A DNA stretch of 63,782 bases, the filler included, from an uncultured Methanosarcinales archaeon (GTDB lineage Archaea; Nanobdellota; Nanobdellia; Woesearchaeales; B54-G15): NCBI GenBank assembly GCA_964519225.1. It is 3 parts of 3 records of this genome, joined end to end, with 100 filler letters (N's around TTAATTAATTAA, not from the genome) between each part and the next. Parts side by side here need not be neighbours in the genome. Positions count along the whole stretch, not along the records: positions 1 to 28,016 come from CAZFJK010000010.1; 2 more parts are not named here. The stretch is one strand, 5' to 3'. Under the pieces are notes generated by a model. The model made no database searches and was not told the origin of the DNA. It saw only the letters and a list, made by a program, of their open reading frames with translations. The position numbers were made by a program, and so were the translations under genes. Positions 19,071 through 27,884 of this stretch are shown here, one piece after another (within the stretch, counting starts at the first letter, position 1; each line of letters starts with the position of its first letter).

Positions 19071-20039
19071 TTAGGGATTTGACACATTTGGTGCAATTAT
19101 GAACATTTCTTGTTCCTTTTTCTCCCTTTCTGCCTCTTCAATTGGCTTAATCTTTTCCTCTGCACTTTTCAAAGCGTGATAGAAGTAAGAACGGTGTCTT
19201 CCAAGCTTTTTAGACATCTCTTCAAGTTGCCTTGGCGTATGAAACTTTGCAATCTCCAAAAACTTTTTTGTTTCGGTCAATATCTTCACATTTTCCTTGG
19301 TGTGTCTTGATTTAAACCTTTTTAGTGATTCTTTCTTGAGTTTTTCATAATCTTCTCTGTTAATTGGCCATTGGTCAACAAATCTTCCTATAAAATCTGC
19401 CTTAACTATTGAATAGCTTTTTCTTTTTATGGTTTTTGCTTTGTCATATAGTTTTTCTTTTTTCTCCCTGTTAAAGAGTTGGAATCTTCCTCTTTCAAAC
19501 TTTACAACAGGTCTTTTTTCCCCTGTGTGATACAAGTCAACCATTTTTTTCTTTTCTGACCTATATACATTTATTAAAAACTCACTTCTTGCGACAGCGA
19601 TGTCTTCTTTCAATCCAAAGAAGTCTGGAAGCACCAAAATAAAAATGTGATTTAATTGTCCACATTCCGAAAAAAAATCGATTATATCCTGTTGCGGTCT
19701 CTGCAATGCCTTAGTCGTTGCAAGGCTTTCCCTTGCTTCATCGTAATGATTTATAAAATATTTTGGTTTTTCTAATGCTTCTGTTATCATTAAAGTGCTG
19801 TCAAAATAAACTTGATGAACAGAATAAGCTTTTTCATTTAATTTAAGGTTTTTGAGTGCAGCTCCAAGGTATGCGCCAATTGTCATGGCAAGAACTGACT
19901 TACCAACCCTGACCATCCTGTCACCTGTGATGAGAATTATAAAATCCCAGTCTTTTTTAATGTTGTAAACAAGACTGTCGAGGGCTGTTGCCAAGTAACC
20001 GTCAATGTAGAATTCCTTTCCTTCAAACTCAAACTTCAT
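19071..20039 (-). CDS. P-loop ATPase, Zot/pI-like; putative morphogenesis or packaging ATPase
   Basis: hhhhTGDRMVRVGKS Walker A variant; NHYDEA Walker B; FILVLP strand. Confidence 0.75.
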   Translation of the reverse strand: MKFEFEGKEFYIDGYLATALDSLVYNIKKDWDFIILITGDRMVRVGKSVLAMTIGAYLGAALKNLKLNEKAYSVHQVYFDSTLMITEALEKPKYFINHYDEARESLATTKALQRPQQDIIDFFSECGQLNHIFILVLPDFFGLKEDIAVARSEFLINVYRSEKKKMVDLYHTGEKRPVVKFERGRFQLFNREKKEKLYDKAKTIKRKSYSIVKADFIGRFVDQWPINREDYEKLKKESLKRFKSRHTKENVKILTETKKFLEIAKFHTPRQLEEMSKKLGRHRSYFYHALKSAEEKIKPIEEAEREKKEQEMFIIAPNVSNP

Positions 20040-20056
20040 GCTATCACCTTTCTCTA

Positions 20057-20458
20057 TTATCTTGAAGCTAATGCAAACCGAGCATCCTTTGCCTTGGGTA
20101 TATTCATTCCATACCTCTGCTCAAGATTTCTCAAGTCGGATTCCCACAAGTCAAAACTTTCAATCAGTGCTCTTGGAATCTTTACTCCATTCTTGTTTTG
20201 TTTGCTTAATATTTCTTTCAGCTTGTAATAATTGTCAGTGATTATTTTCAGTTTTGGTCTCATTTTTTCTTCATCCTTCGGAGAAATAACTGAAATCAAT
20301 TCCAAGAAATAAGCTTTAAGGAATTTGAATTTCATGATGTAATCTTCACGCACAGTTGCTATGTCAAGCCCCTGCTTAATCTGGTGTATGCGTTCAAGTG
20401 TAGCCAAGGCAGAATTAAAAGTCGATTGCTGATCCTCATTAGAAATATATGAATCCAT
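20057..20458 (-). CDS. Helical hypothetical protein upstream of the ATPase
   Basis: ORF directly after the divergent promoter. Confidence 0.65.
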   Translation of the reverse strand: MDSYISNEDQQSTFNSALATLERIHQIKQGLDIATVREDYIMKFKFLKAYFLELISVISPKDEEKMRPKLKIITDNYYKLKEILSKQNKNGVKIPRALIESFDLWESDLRNLEQRYGMNIPKAKDARFALASR

Positions 20459-20491
20459 TTTTATGCCTAATTTAATTAAATATTGTTTAGG

Positions 20492-20560
20492 TTTATAAAT
20501 CTAACGATTTTTTTCAGTCAGATTTATAAAGATTAAAATTATTGTAATATTTTGTAATAC
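20492..20560. promoter_or_regulatory. Back-to-back divergent TATA boxes with probable RHH operator
   Basis: TTTATAAATCT-17bp-AGATTTATAAA inverted pair; TTGTAATA twice at 10-bp period. Confidence 0.7.
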
Positions 20561-20570
20561 ACTTTAAGGG

Positions 20571-20720
20571 GTGTTTAGCATACCAAAATCAAAACTGCTT
20601 AGTGTCCGTCTGCCAATAAACCTTGACAAAGAACTCTCTAAATTCTCAAAGAAAAGCATGTTCTCCCGTTCCCTGATTGTAAAATTATCTCTCAAAAAGT
20701 TTCTTGGTGGTGCTAAATGA
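20571..20720 (+). CDS. Ribbon-helix-helix (CopG-like) regulator (not in ORF track)
   Basis: KLLSVRLPINLDKELSKFSKKSMFSRSLIVKLSLKKFL; stop overlaps the next ATG; start is GTG 20571 or ATA 20580. Confidence 0.75.
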   Translation: MFSIPKSKLLSVRLPINLDKELSKFSKKSMFSRSLIVKLSLKKFLGGAK

Positions 20721-23419
20721 GCAAAGAAGGCAGGGAACAATACAGAAGGGATGTTGCAAGAGCAGCAAGGACTCCAAGAAGCAGAGGTGGGACTGGTGCA
20801 GAAACTTTGCCAGGTGGAACAGGGGCAAGCGGCAGAACTGCAAAGGGGGAAAAGGTTGTTTACTATTACAATCCAAAGACAGGCAAGGCAACTTACTGGG
20901 TCGGCTCTGGAAAACCACCTGGAAGTGGCTGGCAGTCAATTGGTGGAACAAAACCAAAGGGCTGGATTGGCGGACAGGCAAGAGGCGTTGCCACGGACAT
21001 TGACAAGGAAATTGGTATTTCAAGGATAAAAGAGATTCAGGCAACTGGCAAGTATTATTATGATCCTGTTACAAAAGTAGCAACCACAAGGTCTGTGGAA
21101 GGCCAGACAGGCATGACAAAGTCAGAGGTTCTGACTGTGATAAGGCATATGCCAAGGAAAACAAAAGTTGAATACAAACAAGCATACCAAGAATATTTAG
21201 AATCAAAGAAACCAACACCAAGAGTTGAACCAAGAGTAAGAATTGAGCCAAGAGCAGAAGTTCCATCATTGGCAGAAGGAATAAGATTTGGGAGACCACC
21301 ACCAACAATACCATTAGCACCAGTAAGAAAACCAGGGCCACAAGAAACTGTTTTGCCTTCTTATGCAGGATTGCCAATCTATGGAATAAGACCACCAAAA
21401 TTAGATGTTTCAAAAGAAATACAAAAAGGAACTTTTGTTATACCAACAAGAGTAACACCTAAAGAAACAATATCAATACCTATTGAATACAAACCACCTT
21501 ATAAGTTTGATATAACTAAGGTTACCCCCATTGATATAAAGAAAATTAAAGCAGTTGATATTGGTGTTGACATAACTAAAGTTGCAAAATACAGAAAGGA
21601 AAAAGTTACTTGGGAAAGCAGAAGGGAAATCGAAAAAGCACTTGAAGAGTCTAATGTTCAGCTTTTTAAACAGATGTCAAGGGGTCAGACAAAATCAATG
21701 AAGCAGTTATCTGACATAAGAATTGGGGAGCAGGTTGAAAGAAATATAACAGAATTTTATGCTAAAGAACAGGCAAAGGTTGCAGCAACTTTTGCTGGGA
21801 CTATGATTGGGGTAGGTGCATTAGGTCAGGCAATCCCAGCAGTTGCAGCAGCAAAAGTTCCAATAGTAAGCCAGATGGCAAGGTTTTCAATCAGCCCAGC
21901 TGGCTCTAAGGTAATTACTGGAATGTGGGGAGTAAGTCTTGGTTACAGGGGATATAAGCAAAAAGAATACTTTGAGCAGGGAGACTTTGAAAGGGGTATG
22001 TATGGTCTTTCAATGCTTGGTGCAGAAGTAGCTGGTGTTTATGGTGCAGGAAAGTGGCTTACTGCAACAGAGGGAAAGCCAATCACAAAGTTGTACAGGC
22101 AGGCATACACAAAATTTAAAACACCTTCCTTTGAAAGAAGTATAGCAAAGTGGCAGAAAGAAATCACAGCAAAGGACTGGGCTTATATGGAGAAAAGAGG
22201 TTTCCTGCCCATCAAAGGAAAGCCACAAAGAACTTTATTTGGGGAACCAATATCACCAAAGGAAATAAGAATTGCAAGAAAAGCAGCAGGTCTTGATACA
22301 GGATATTTTGGGATGGAAGTAAGATACAGACCTTCTTACGACAGAACTTTTGTGCAGACACACCTTAAAGATATGTCAAAAATAGGGATAGACTTTAGGT
22401 ATAAACCGCCAAAAAGAATTAAATTAACCAGTGTAAAGGATATGGAACTGAAAGGGTACAGCAAGTTGTATGGTTATGAGAGTATCTTTGGAAAAAAGCC
22501 AGAAGGTATTTTGGGATTGCAGCCGGAAAAGTTTATTTTCAAACAAGAACCTATTAAAACATCATCATGGGAAAAACTACAAGCAAGAGTTATTCCTGGT
22601 TATAAAACTACACAAACATTGTTAGTTAAGCCAACTCAAAAAGTAACAAAGTATGACAGGCCATTCTACTTAAAAAAACCAAAACTTCCAAAGCCAGTAA
22701 AACTTGGCAAGCCAACTCCAACAACTCCAACAATTAAAGCAATAACAAAACCAAGCAAACCATCAAAAACAATGGGAGATATTATCGGCGGAACAATGGA
22801 TGTAAGTCCTGTTGTTGTTTCGGTACCTAAGCCAGCGCCAGCAGAGGTTATTGGAACTATACCAGGCGGCACAAGACTGGCAGGTGCATTGGTGTTTGGT
22901 GGTTTTAGAAGTATGAGGGATTGGACTAAATCATTCTCAAGGCAGTTTGGTGATGCAGGGCAGAGAGCACGGCAGGGGGCAATAGCAAGGCAAAGCACAA
23001 AGTTTTCTCAGGCATTGGACAAGGCCGCAAGGGAAATAACAAAGGCACCAACAGAACAGATACCTAAAGTTGCGCCTAAATTAAAACCAAAAGTTAAGAC
23101 CTTGCCAAAACTTAAACAACCAACAAGACAGATACCAAAAATGAGGCAGCCTGTTCCAACAAAGCCTTTATATCCATATCCAAGTTATCCAATACATAAA
23201 GAGCCAGAGCCACCAATAATTCCATTAAAACCAAAACTTCCACTTTTGAAGTGGCCAAGAGGAATGTTTTATCCAAAAGCAAAAAAAATAAAAAAGGTCA
23301 AACCATTCCATAAATATATGCCAAGCTTAGTAGCAGGCTTTAAAAAGATAACCGCTCCTAAAATACCAAAAATAATAACTGGCTTAGGGATAAGACCAGT
23401 TGTGAGGAGGAGATTATGA
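20717..23419 (+). CDS. Large basic Pro/Lys-rich protein with central hydrophobic helices
   Basis: 900 aa; low complexity; Gly/Ala-rich middle; first large gene of the + block. Confidence 0.75.
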   Translation: MSKEGREQYRRDVARAARTPRSRGGTGAETLPGGTGASGRTAKGEKVVYYYNPKTGKATYWVGSGKPPGSGWQSIGGTKPKGWIGGQARGVATDIDKEIGISRIKEIQATGKYYYDPVTKVATTRSVEGQTGMTKSEVLTVIRHMPRKTKVEYKQAYQEYLESKKPTPRVEPRVRIEPRAEVPSLAEGIRFGRPPPTIPLAPVRKPGPQETVLPSYAGLPIYGIRPPKLDVSKEIQKGTFVIPTRVTPKETISIPIEYKPPYKFDITKVTPIDIKKIKAVDIGVDITKVAKYRKEKVTWESRREIEKALEESNVQLFKQMSRGQTKSMKQLSDIRIGEQVERNITEFYAKEQAKVAATFAGTMIGVGALGQAIPAVAAAKVPIVSQMARFSISPAGSKVITGMWGVSLGYRGYKQKEYFEQGDFERGMYGLSMLGAEVAGVYGAGKWLTATEGKPITKLYRQAYTKFKTPSFERSIAKWQKEITAKDWAYMEKRGFLPIKGKPQRTLFGEPISPKEIRIARKAAGLDTGYFGMEVRYRPSYDRTFVQTHLKDMSKIGIDFRYKPPKRIKLTSVKDMELKGYSKLYGYESIFGKKPEGILGLQPEKFIFKQEPIKTSSWEKLQARVIPGYKTTQTLLVKPTQKVTKYDRPFYLKKPKLPKPVKLGKPTPTTPTIKAITKPSKPSKTMGDIIGGTMDVSPVVVSVPKPAPAEVIGTIPGGTRLAGALVFGGFRSMRDWTKSFSRQFGDAGQRARQGAIARQSTKFSQALDKAAREITKAPTEQIPKVAPKLKPKVKTLPKLKQPTRQIPKMRQPVPTKPLYPYPSYPIHKEPEPPIIPLKPKLPLLKWPRGMFYPKAKKIKKVKPFHKYMPSLVAGFKKITAPKIPKIITGLGIRPVVRRRL

Positions 23420-23691
23420 AAATTATTTTATGCTGTTTATTAATATCATCTTTATTTTTATATGGGTGTAAAAAACAGGAAGAGATGAATGTTGATGAAC
23501 TGCTTGCAAAATACAAGCAGGATAACAAACAAGATATTATAAAATGTTATAATGATTACCCAAACAATGCAGAAAGTTTTTGTAATTGTTTAGGAGGATA
23601 TGCAATATTAAATTTCCCAAGAACTAAAATCTTTTGTGGGAACACCAAAATAGAATTACCTTATGTGGAGGTTAATAAAATATTATCTTAG
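23416..23691 (+). CDS. Lipoprotein-like small secreted protein
   Basis: Hydrophobic leader ending LYGC; AT-rich. Confidence 0.55.
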   Translation: MKIILCCLLISSLFLYGCKKQEEMNVDELLAKYKQDNKQDIIKCYNDYPNNAESFCNCLGGYAILNFPRTKIFCGNTKIELPYVEVNKILS

Positions 23692-23704
23692 GAGGGCATA
23701 AAAC

Positions 23705-24364
23705 ATGGCATTATTCGGGCAAAACAATCAGGAAAGGGCACAGAAACAGATGTTTGATGCAGAGCTTCAGGCAAGCAGGGAGGAGAACGCAGTCAAGTAT
23801 TCAGATGTCGGCGACGAGGTTTACTTCGCACAGAAAGAAAAGAATGAGGACTTGACGAAATGGCAGCAGAACCTGAAGTCAGAGATTGAATTGACAATAC
23901 ATGACTTGAAGAGAGAGGTTGAAGGGGAAGACGGCTACAAGCCGATGGTCGGCGAGTACATCAGGACAGATGAGCAGGGCAGAAAGCATTACAAAAGAGC
24001 CAAGCCGATGATGAATGACTTGGGAATCAACATGTTCCGTGCGTCAATAAGGCCGCTGACAAGCAGGAACTTGATGATGTCAAACTACAATGAAGACAAG
24101 ATATTTGTCAAGCTTAGGTCAATCATGTTTACTTTCATAAGCCATTTGGCATACCACTATAAAACCTATGAAATTGATGTCGGCGACCTTTCAATAATTG
24201 TAAGGATGTTCAAGGACATTGCAGAGCCGGCACACTGGCGTTGCTTGAACAACGGGGAAAGGACTTACCTCAACACAATCAACAAGAGGGTTGAGGCAAT
24301 CACTTATGGCCAGCCGCAGCAGGGACAGCAAAGGAAAGGTTTTTTGCAGGGGCTGATGGGTTAA
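23705..24364 (+). CDS. Hypothetical viral core protein
   Basis: 219-aa ORF; GGAGG RBS; core-type codon style. Confidence 0.75.
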   Translation: MALFGQNNQERAQKQMFDAELQASREENAVKYSDVGDEVYFAQKEKNEDLTKWQQNLKSEIELTIHDLKREVEGEDGYKPMVGEYIRTDEQGRKHYKRAKPMMNDLGINMFRASIRPLTSRNLMMSNYNEDKIFVKLRSIMFTFISHLAYHYKTYEIDVGDLSIIVRMFKDIAEPAHWRCLNNGERTYLNTINKRVEAITYGQPQQGQQRKGFLQGLMG

Positions 24365-24383
24365 ATTAATGGAGGAAATAAAA

Positions 24384-24500
24384 ATGCCAAGAAAAGGATA
24401 TGGAAAAAAGGATGGCTCACAACGGGGCTATAAGGAAGGAGGTCGGGGCAGGAACAGGACAAGCACCTGCAGGCATCCAAGCAGGAGGAAAAGAAGATGA
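24384..24500 (+). CDS. Arg/Gly-rich basic micro-protein (38 aa)
   Basis: MPRKGYGKKDGSQRGYKEGGRGRNRTSTCRHPSRRKRR; GGAGG RBS. Confidence 0.65.
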   Translation: MPRKGYGKKDGSQRGYKEGGRGRNRTSTCRHPSRRKRR

Positions 24501-24655
24501 AATACCCTAAAAGAAGCAAAAGAAAAATGTCTTACCATGGCAGAGTTGGCAAGCCATTAATCCATAAAGCAGATTCAGGCAGGACTTATGTTATGGTTCG
24601 TGCTAAGGGCGGTGGAACCAAGCGTTTATACAAATACAAAAAATACATGAGGTAA
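24497..24655 (+). CDS. Basic micro-protein (52 aa)
   Basis: MKYPKRSKRKMSYHGRVGKPLIH...KYKKYMR; ATGA coupling. Confidence 0.65.
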   Translation: MKYPKRSKRKMSYHGRVGKPLIHKADSGRTYVMVRAKGGGTKRLYKYKKYMR

Positions 24656-24656
24656 A

Positions 24657-24833
24657 ATGAGAAGAACAAGGTTTACAATCCTTATGGAAAAGATAATGGT
24701 TACTTGTTACTCTCTTATAATTTGTTTAAGTGCTTTCTTCTTTGCACTTTCAAGACAAATTTATTTTATTTATACATTAATTATTGGTTATGTATTCATG
24801 GATTTTATTAAAAAAAATAATATACGGAGGTAA
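24657..24833 (+). CDS. Small hydrophobic protein
   Basis: Own translation; two hydrophobic stretches; GAGGT RBS. Confidence 0.45.
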   Translation: MRRTRFTILMEKIMVTCYSLIICLSAFFFALSRQIYFIYTLIIGYVFMDFIKKNNIRR

Positions 24834-24839
24834 ACTAAA

Positions 24840-25028
24840 ATGGGATATGTAGTAAAATTTAGGATGAAACCAAAGAAAGGTTTTTTCAAGAAGAGTTATG
24901 GAACTTTATCTATGGTAAGTAGAAAAACCTTTACAACAAGAAAAGCAGCATTGGATGAAGCTAAGAAGTTGAAGAAAGAACATAAATATAAGAGATATAA
25001 TTTTACCACAAAAGTGGTAAAGAAATGA
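24840..25028 (+). CDS. Lys-rich basic micro-protein
   Basis: GGAGGT RBS; highly basic. Confidence 0.65.
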   Translation: MGYVVKFRMKPKKGFFKKSYGTLSMVSRKTFTTRKAALDEAKKLKKEHKYKRYNFTTKVVKK

Positions 25029-25076
25029 AAAAATTAGCCAAGGATATTGGCCAAAGAAAAGAAAGCGGAGGAAGAA

Positions 25077-25202
25077 ATGAACCCAATCCAAAAGATGAAC
25101 AAGAAGCTCGACTCAAAGGCAGCAGTTGATTTGAGCAGGAACTTTGTAAGAAGGTATAAGAAGAGCAAACCAAAACTGCCAAGAATACTCAAAACTAAAT
25201 AG
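25077..25202 (+). CDS. Basic micro-protein (41 aa)
   Basis: MNPIQKMNKKLDSKAAVDLSRNFVRRYKKSKPKLPRILKTK; GGAGG RBS. Confidence 0.65.
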   Translation: MNPIQKMNKKLDSKAAVDLSRNFVRRYKKSKPKLPRILKTK

Positions 25203-25214
25203 GAGGTAAACCAA

Positions 25215-25337
25215 ATGGCATTATCAAGAAAAAGTTGGAAATGGATTGATGCATACGAAAAAGCAAGAAAAAAGTATGGTGTGGCTAAATCAAGAGCAAT
25301 CGCCAACAGAACAATAAAAAGAAGAAAAAAAAGATAA
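25215..25337 (+). CDS. Basic micro-protein (40 aa)
   Basis: MALSRKSWKWIDAYEKARKKYGVAKSRAIANRTIKRRKKR; AGGAGGT RBS. Confidence 0.65.
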   Translation: MALSRKSWKWIDAYEKARKKYGVAKSRAIANRTIKRRKKR

Positions 25338-25371
25338 AACATTCACAATAAAAAAACATGGAGGTAATAAA

Positions 25372-25929
25372 ATGCCATCACAAAGTGCAATACAAAAAAT
25401 GAATAAGTTGTTAGACAATAGGAAGTTTAGACTGAAAGATTCTGACAAGGATGGGGTGCCAGACATGTTTGATTGTCGACCGCACAATCCAAGAAAGCAA
25501 GGGATTATTCATGATATTAAAAAGAAAGTTGGTGCTAAGGTTGAGTCTATAAAGCAGAGAAGAAAGGAAGAAGCAGTTGAAAGGGAAGTTAGAGAAGATA
25601 TGGCACGCAGGGCGGCTGCTGAAGAAAGGGAAAGGCAGGCAGTTGAGACAGCAAGATACAAAGAAAAATTGAGAGGAGAAAGGGCAAGGGCTTATGCAAA
25701 GTCAGGCGGCTTCTTGGGTTCTGTCGGAAGGTTTGTTGACAAGGCAGGTGCTCCACCAAGAAGAACAACATCAGTAAAGAGAAGGAAAATTACACTGGTG
25801 ATAACAAAAAAGAAAAGAAAAAAACTCAAGAGAAAAGTAAAGAAAATGACAAGGAGAAAGAAGAGAGCAAAACCAAGGACACAAAGAGCACCATCATACA
25901 TCTTTGATACAAGTTCATTCAAATATTAA
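25372..25929 (+). CDS. Basic protein with a DxDxDG Ca-binding-like motif and a K/R-rich tail
   Basis: DSDKDGVPDMFDCRP; coiled coil; poly-K/R tail. Confidence 0.75.
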   Translation: MPSQSAIQKMNKLLDNRKFRLKDSDKDGVPDMFDCRPHNPRKQGIIHDIKKKVGAKVESIKQRRKEEAVEREVREDMARRAAAEERERQAVETARYKEKLRGERARAYAKSGGFLGSVGRFVDKAGAPPRRTTSVKRRKITLVITKKKRKKLKRKVKKMTRRKKRAKPRTQRAPSYIFDTSSFKY

Positions 25930-25943
25930 ATGGAGGTAGTAAA

Positions 25944-26048
25944 ATGAAAAGAATAAAGAACTACATGAGAAAGAAGCCACACTCAAGAAAGAAGATGAGG
26001 GTGTCAGGCTACACAAAGGCAGGCAAGAGAAAAAACCCTGCAAAATAA
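25944..26048 (+). CDS. Basic micro-protein (34 aa)
   Basis: MKRIKNYMRKKPHSRKKMRVSGYTKAGKRKNPAK; GGAGGT RBS. Confidence 0.6.
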   Translation: MKRIKNYMRKKPHSRKKMRVSGYTKAGKRKNPAK

Positions 26049-26093
26049 GTATAAAAATAAGTATTTTGTAACAAACCGAGGAGGGCATAAAAA

Positions 26094-26717
26094 ATGGTAG
26101 ATGCAAGTGAATTAGGAGCAGCGTTGACACAGGGTTTCACAGGAATCCTGCCGCAGGTGATGAAGTATGTTGGTTACCTCTTTTGGGGCATACTGATCCT
26201 TGGCGGGATGTGGGTAGGATATATACTGCTCCAGTACAAATACAAGTATATGTATGCTGTGCCTGGACCAGGAGGAATACAAAGGCTGAAGAAAGACAGG
26301 ATAAGACCAATCAAGCACAAGGGAGCTGACAAGTGGCAGCTGCTTTGGGCGAAGGACAAGATAGAACCATTTGACCAAAAGTATATTTACCCTGGCAACA
26401 TAGTCTTTGGCTACCGAGTTGAAAAGGACTGCCACACGCCAGCAAAGTGGAACGAACTCACAGGCTCGATTGACATAATCCCGAGGGATGTCAAGTTTTG
26501 GCAGAGCACGGAAATACAGCAGGCAGCTCTGGAATACCAGGACTTGCGTTCAAAGATGCTGCCGATACTGACAACATTGGGCACAATAATATTTTGCCTG
26601 ATATTAGTCGGGTTGACAATATGGATGACCTACAAGTATATTGGAGGAGGGCTTGATTCGGTTGCAAGCAGTGTATCAAGCTTGCAGACAGCAGCAAGCA
26701 ACTTAGCACCCCACTAA
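26094..26717 (+). CDS. Two-TM membrane protein
   Basis: TM helices near both ends with a soluble central domain. Confidence 0.75.
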   Translation: MVDASELGAALTQGFTGILPQVMKYVGYLFWGILILGGMWVGYILLQYKYKYMYAVPGPGGIQRLKKDRIRPIKHKGADKWQLLWAKDKIEPFDQKYIYPGNIVFGYRVEKDCHTPAKWNELTGSIDIIPRDVKFWQSTEIQQAALEYQDLRSKMLPILTTLGTIIFCLILVGLTIWMTYKYIGGGLDSVASSVSSLQTAASNLAPH

Positions 26718-26719
26718 AA

Positions 26720-27874
26720 ATGAAACAAAAAACAGGCTTAATTGCAGTATTGTTCCTGTTTGCACTGTTATTTGCAGTGCAGGCAGGAGCTACTTGCAGC
26801 TGTGAAACCAACACAGACCAGTACTTTGAACTTGGAATAGTGACAGCAAGCTGTTCCTGTGACAATGTAATAGAGAAGTCAAAAGATTACTCTATTGTTT
26901 GGGTTGACATAGACAACACCACAAGGGAAACAGACACAGGAACTACACCTTCAACTGTTTCTGAATTTTTCCTTGAATATTTTACAATCCCTGATGATAC
27001 TCCTGACAAGAATGGAACATGGCATTTTAACTTAACTGTAAAAGGTGAGTACAAGACGACAGTCAACTTTTCAGTGATTAATGAAACAGAAAATGGATTT
27101 CTTAAATATGATGATGTTTCATGGAACGAGCAGGTTATTCTTGGAAAAGATGTAAAAGTATCTCTTAGGTTGCAGGATTCAGATAATGATTACATAATAA
27201 ACGCAAAATGCCTTGTTTCAATAAACTGTCCGTTGCATAAACCAATTGAGAATGTAGTGGAAACTACAACTGATGGGTCTGGAAAGAGCAAATATTCTTT
27301 TAATACAAATGAATGGTCAAAAAGCACAAATTGCAGTATGGTAGGAAAAACATTCAAATGGGATATTTCCTGTTGGTGCATACCTAACTGCACTGACCTT
27401 TCAGTCAGTGGGTGTTGCATGAAAAGGGAAGCAGGGACTTACCTTAATGAATTAAAATACTCAGAAGTTACCCTCCCAATATATATTGTTGCGGACGATT
27501 CAGATGTTGATTTCAAGGACAACTCATCTGGTGTTGGCATTGTCTTTTTCCTATTGTTCATAACAGGCGGGGTGTTTTTACTGCCTTACTTAATAAAAAG
27601 GTTCAGTGCAGATGAAATATTGGATTTCACATTAAGGAATGCATGCATAATTGCAGGCTTATTGCTCTTGTCACTAACTGCAACAGTGATAACAACAATC
27701 GCAGACAATGCAAACCTTGGTGTTTCACAGGAATTATTCAGGTTTTTATGGTTAATAAACTGGACAATATACATTGCAATATTTATAATGGTATTAAGAT
27801 ACTTAATTAAGGTTTTGCAGCTCTGGACTGCAAAAAAGATAATGAGAAGAATGGGCTTAAACGAGTTGAGATGA
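26720..27874 (+). CDS. Secreted Cys-rich Ig-like protein with three C-terminal TM helices
   Basis: Signal peptide; beta-rich ectodomain with sequons; TM tail. Confidence 0.75.
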   Translation: MKQKTGLIAVLFLFALLFAVQAGATCSCETNTDQYFELGIVTASCSCDNVIEKSKDYSIVWVDIDNTTRETDTGTTPSTVSEFFLEYFTIPDDTPDKNGTWHFNLTVKGEYKTTVNFSVINETENGFLKYDDVSWNEQVILGKDVKVSLRLQDSDNDYIINAKCLVSINCPLHKPIENVVETTTDGSGKSKYSFNTNEWSKSTNCSMVGKTFKWDISCWCIPNCTDLSVSGCCMKREAGTYLNELKYSEVTLPIYIVADDSDVDFKDNSSGVGIVFFLLFITGGVFLLPYLIKRFSADEILDFTLRNACIIAGLLLLSLTATVITTIADNANLGVSQELFRFLWLINWTIYIAIFIMVLRYLIKVLQLWTAKKIMRRMGLNELR

Positions 27875-27884
27875 GGCATGAAGT

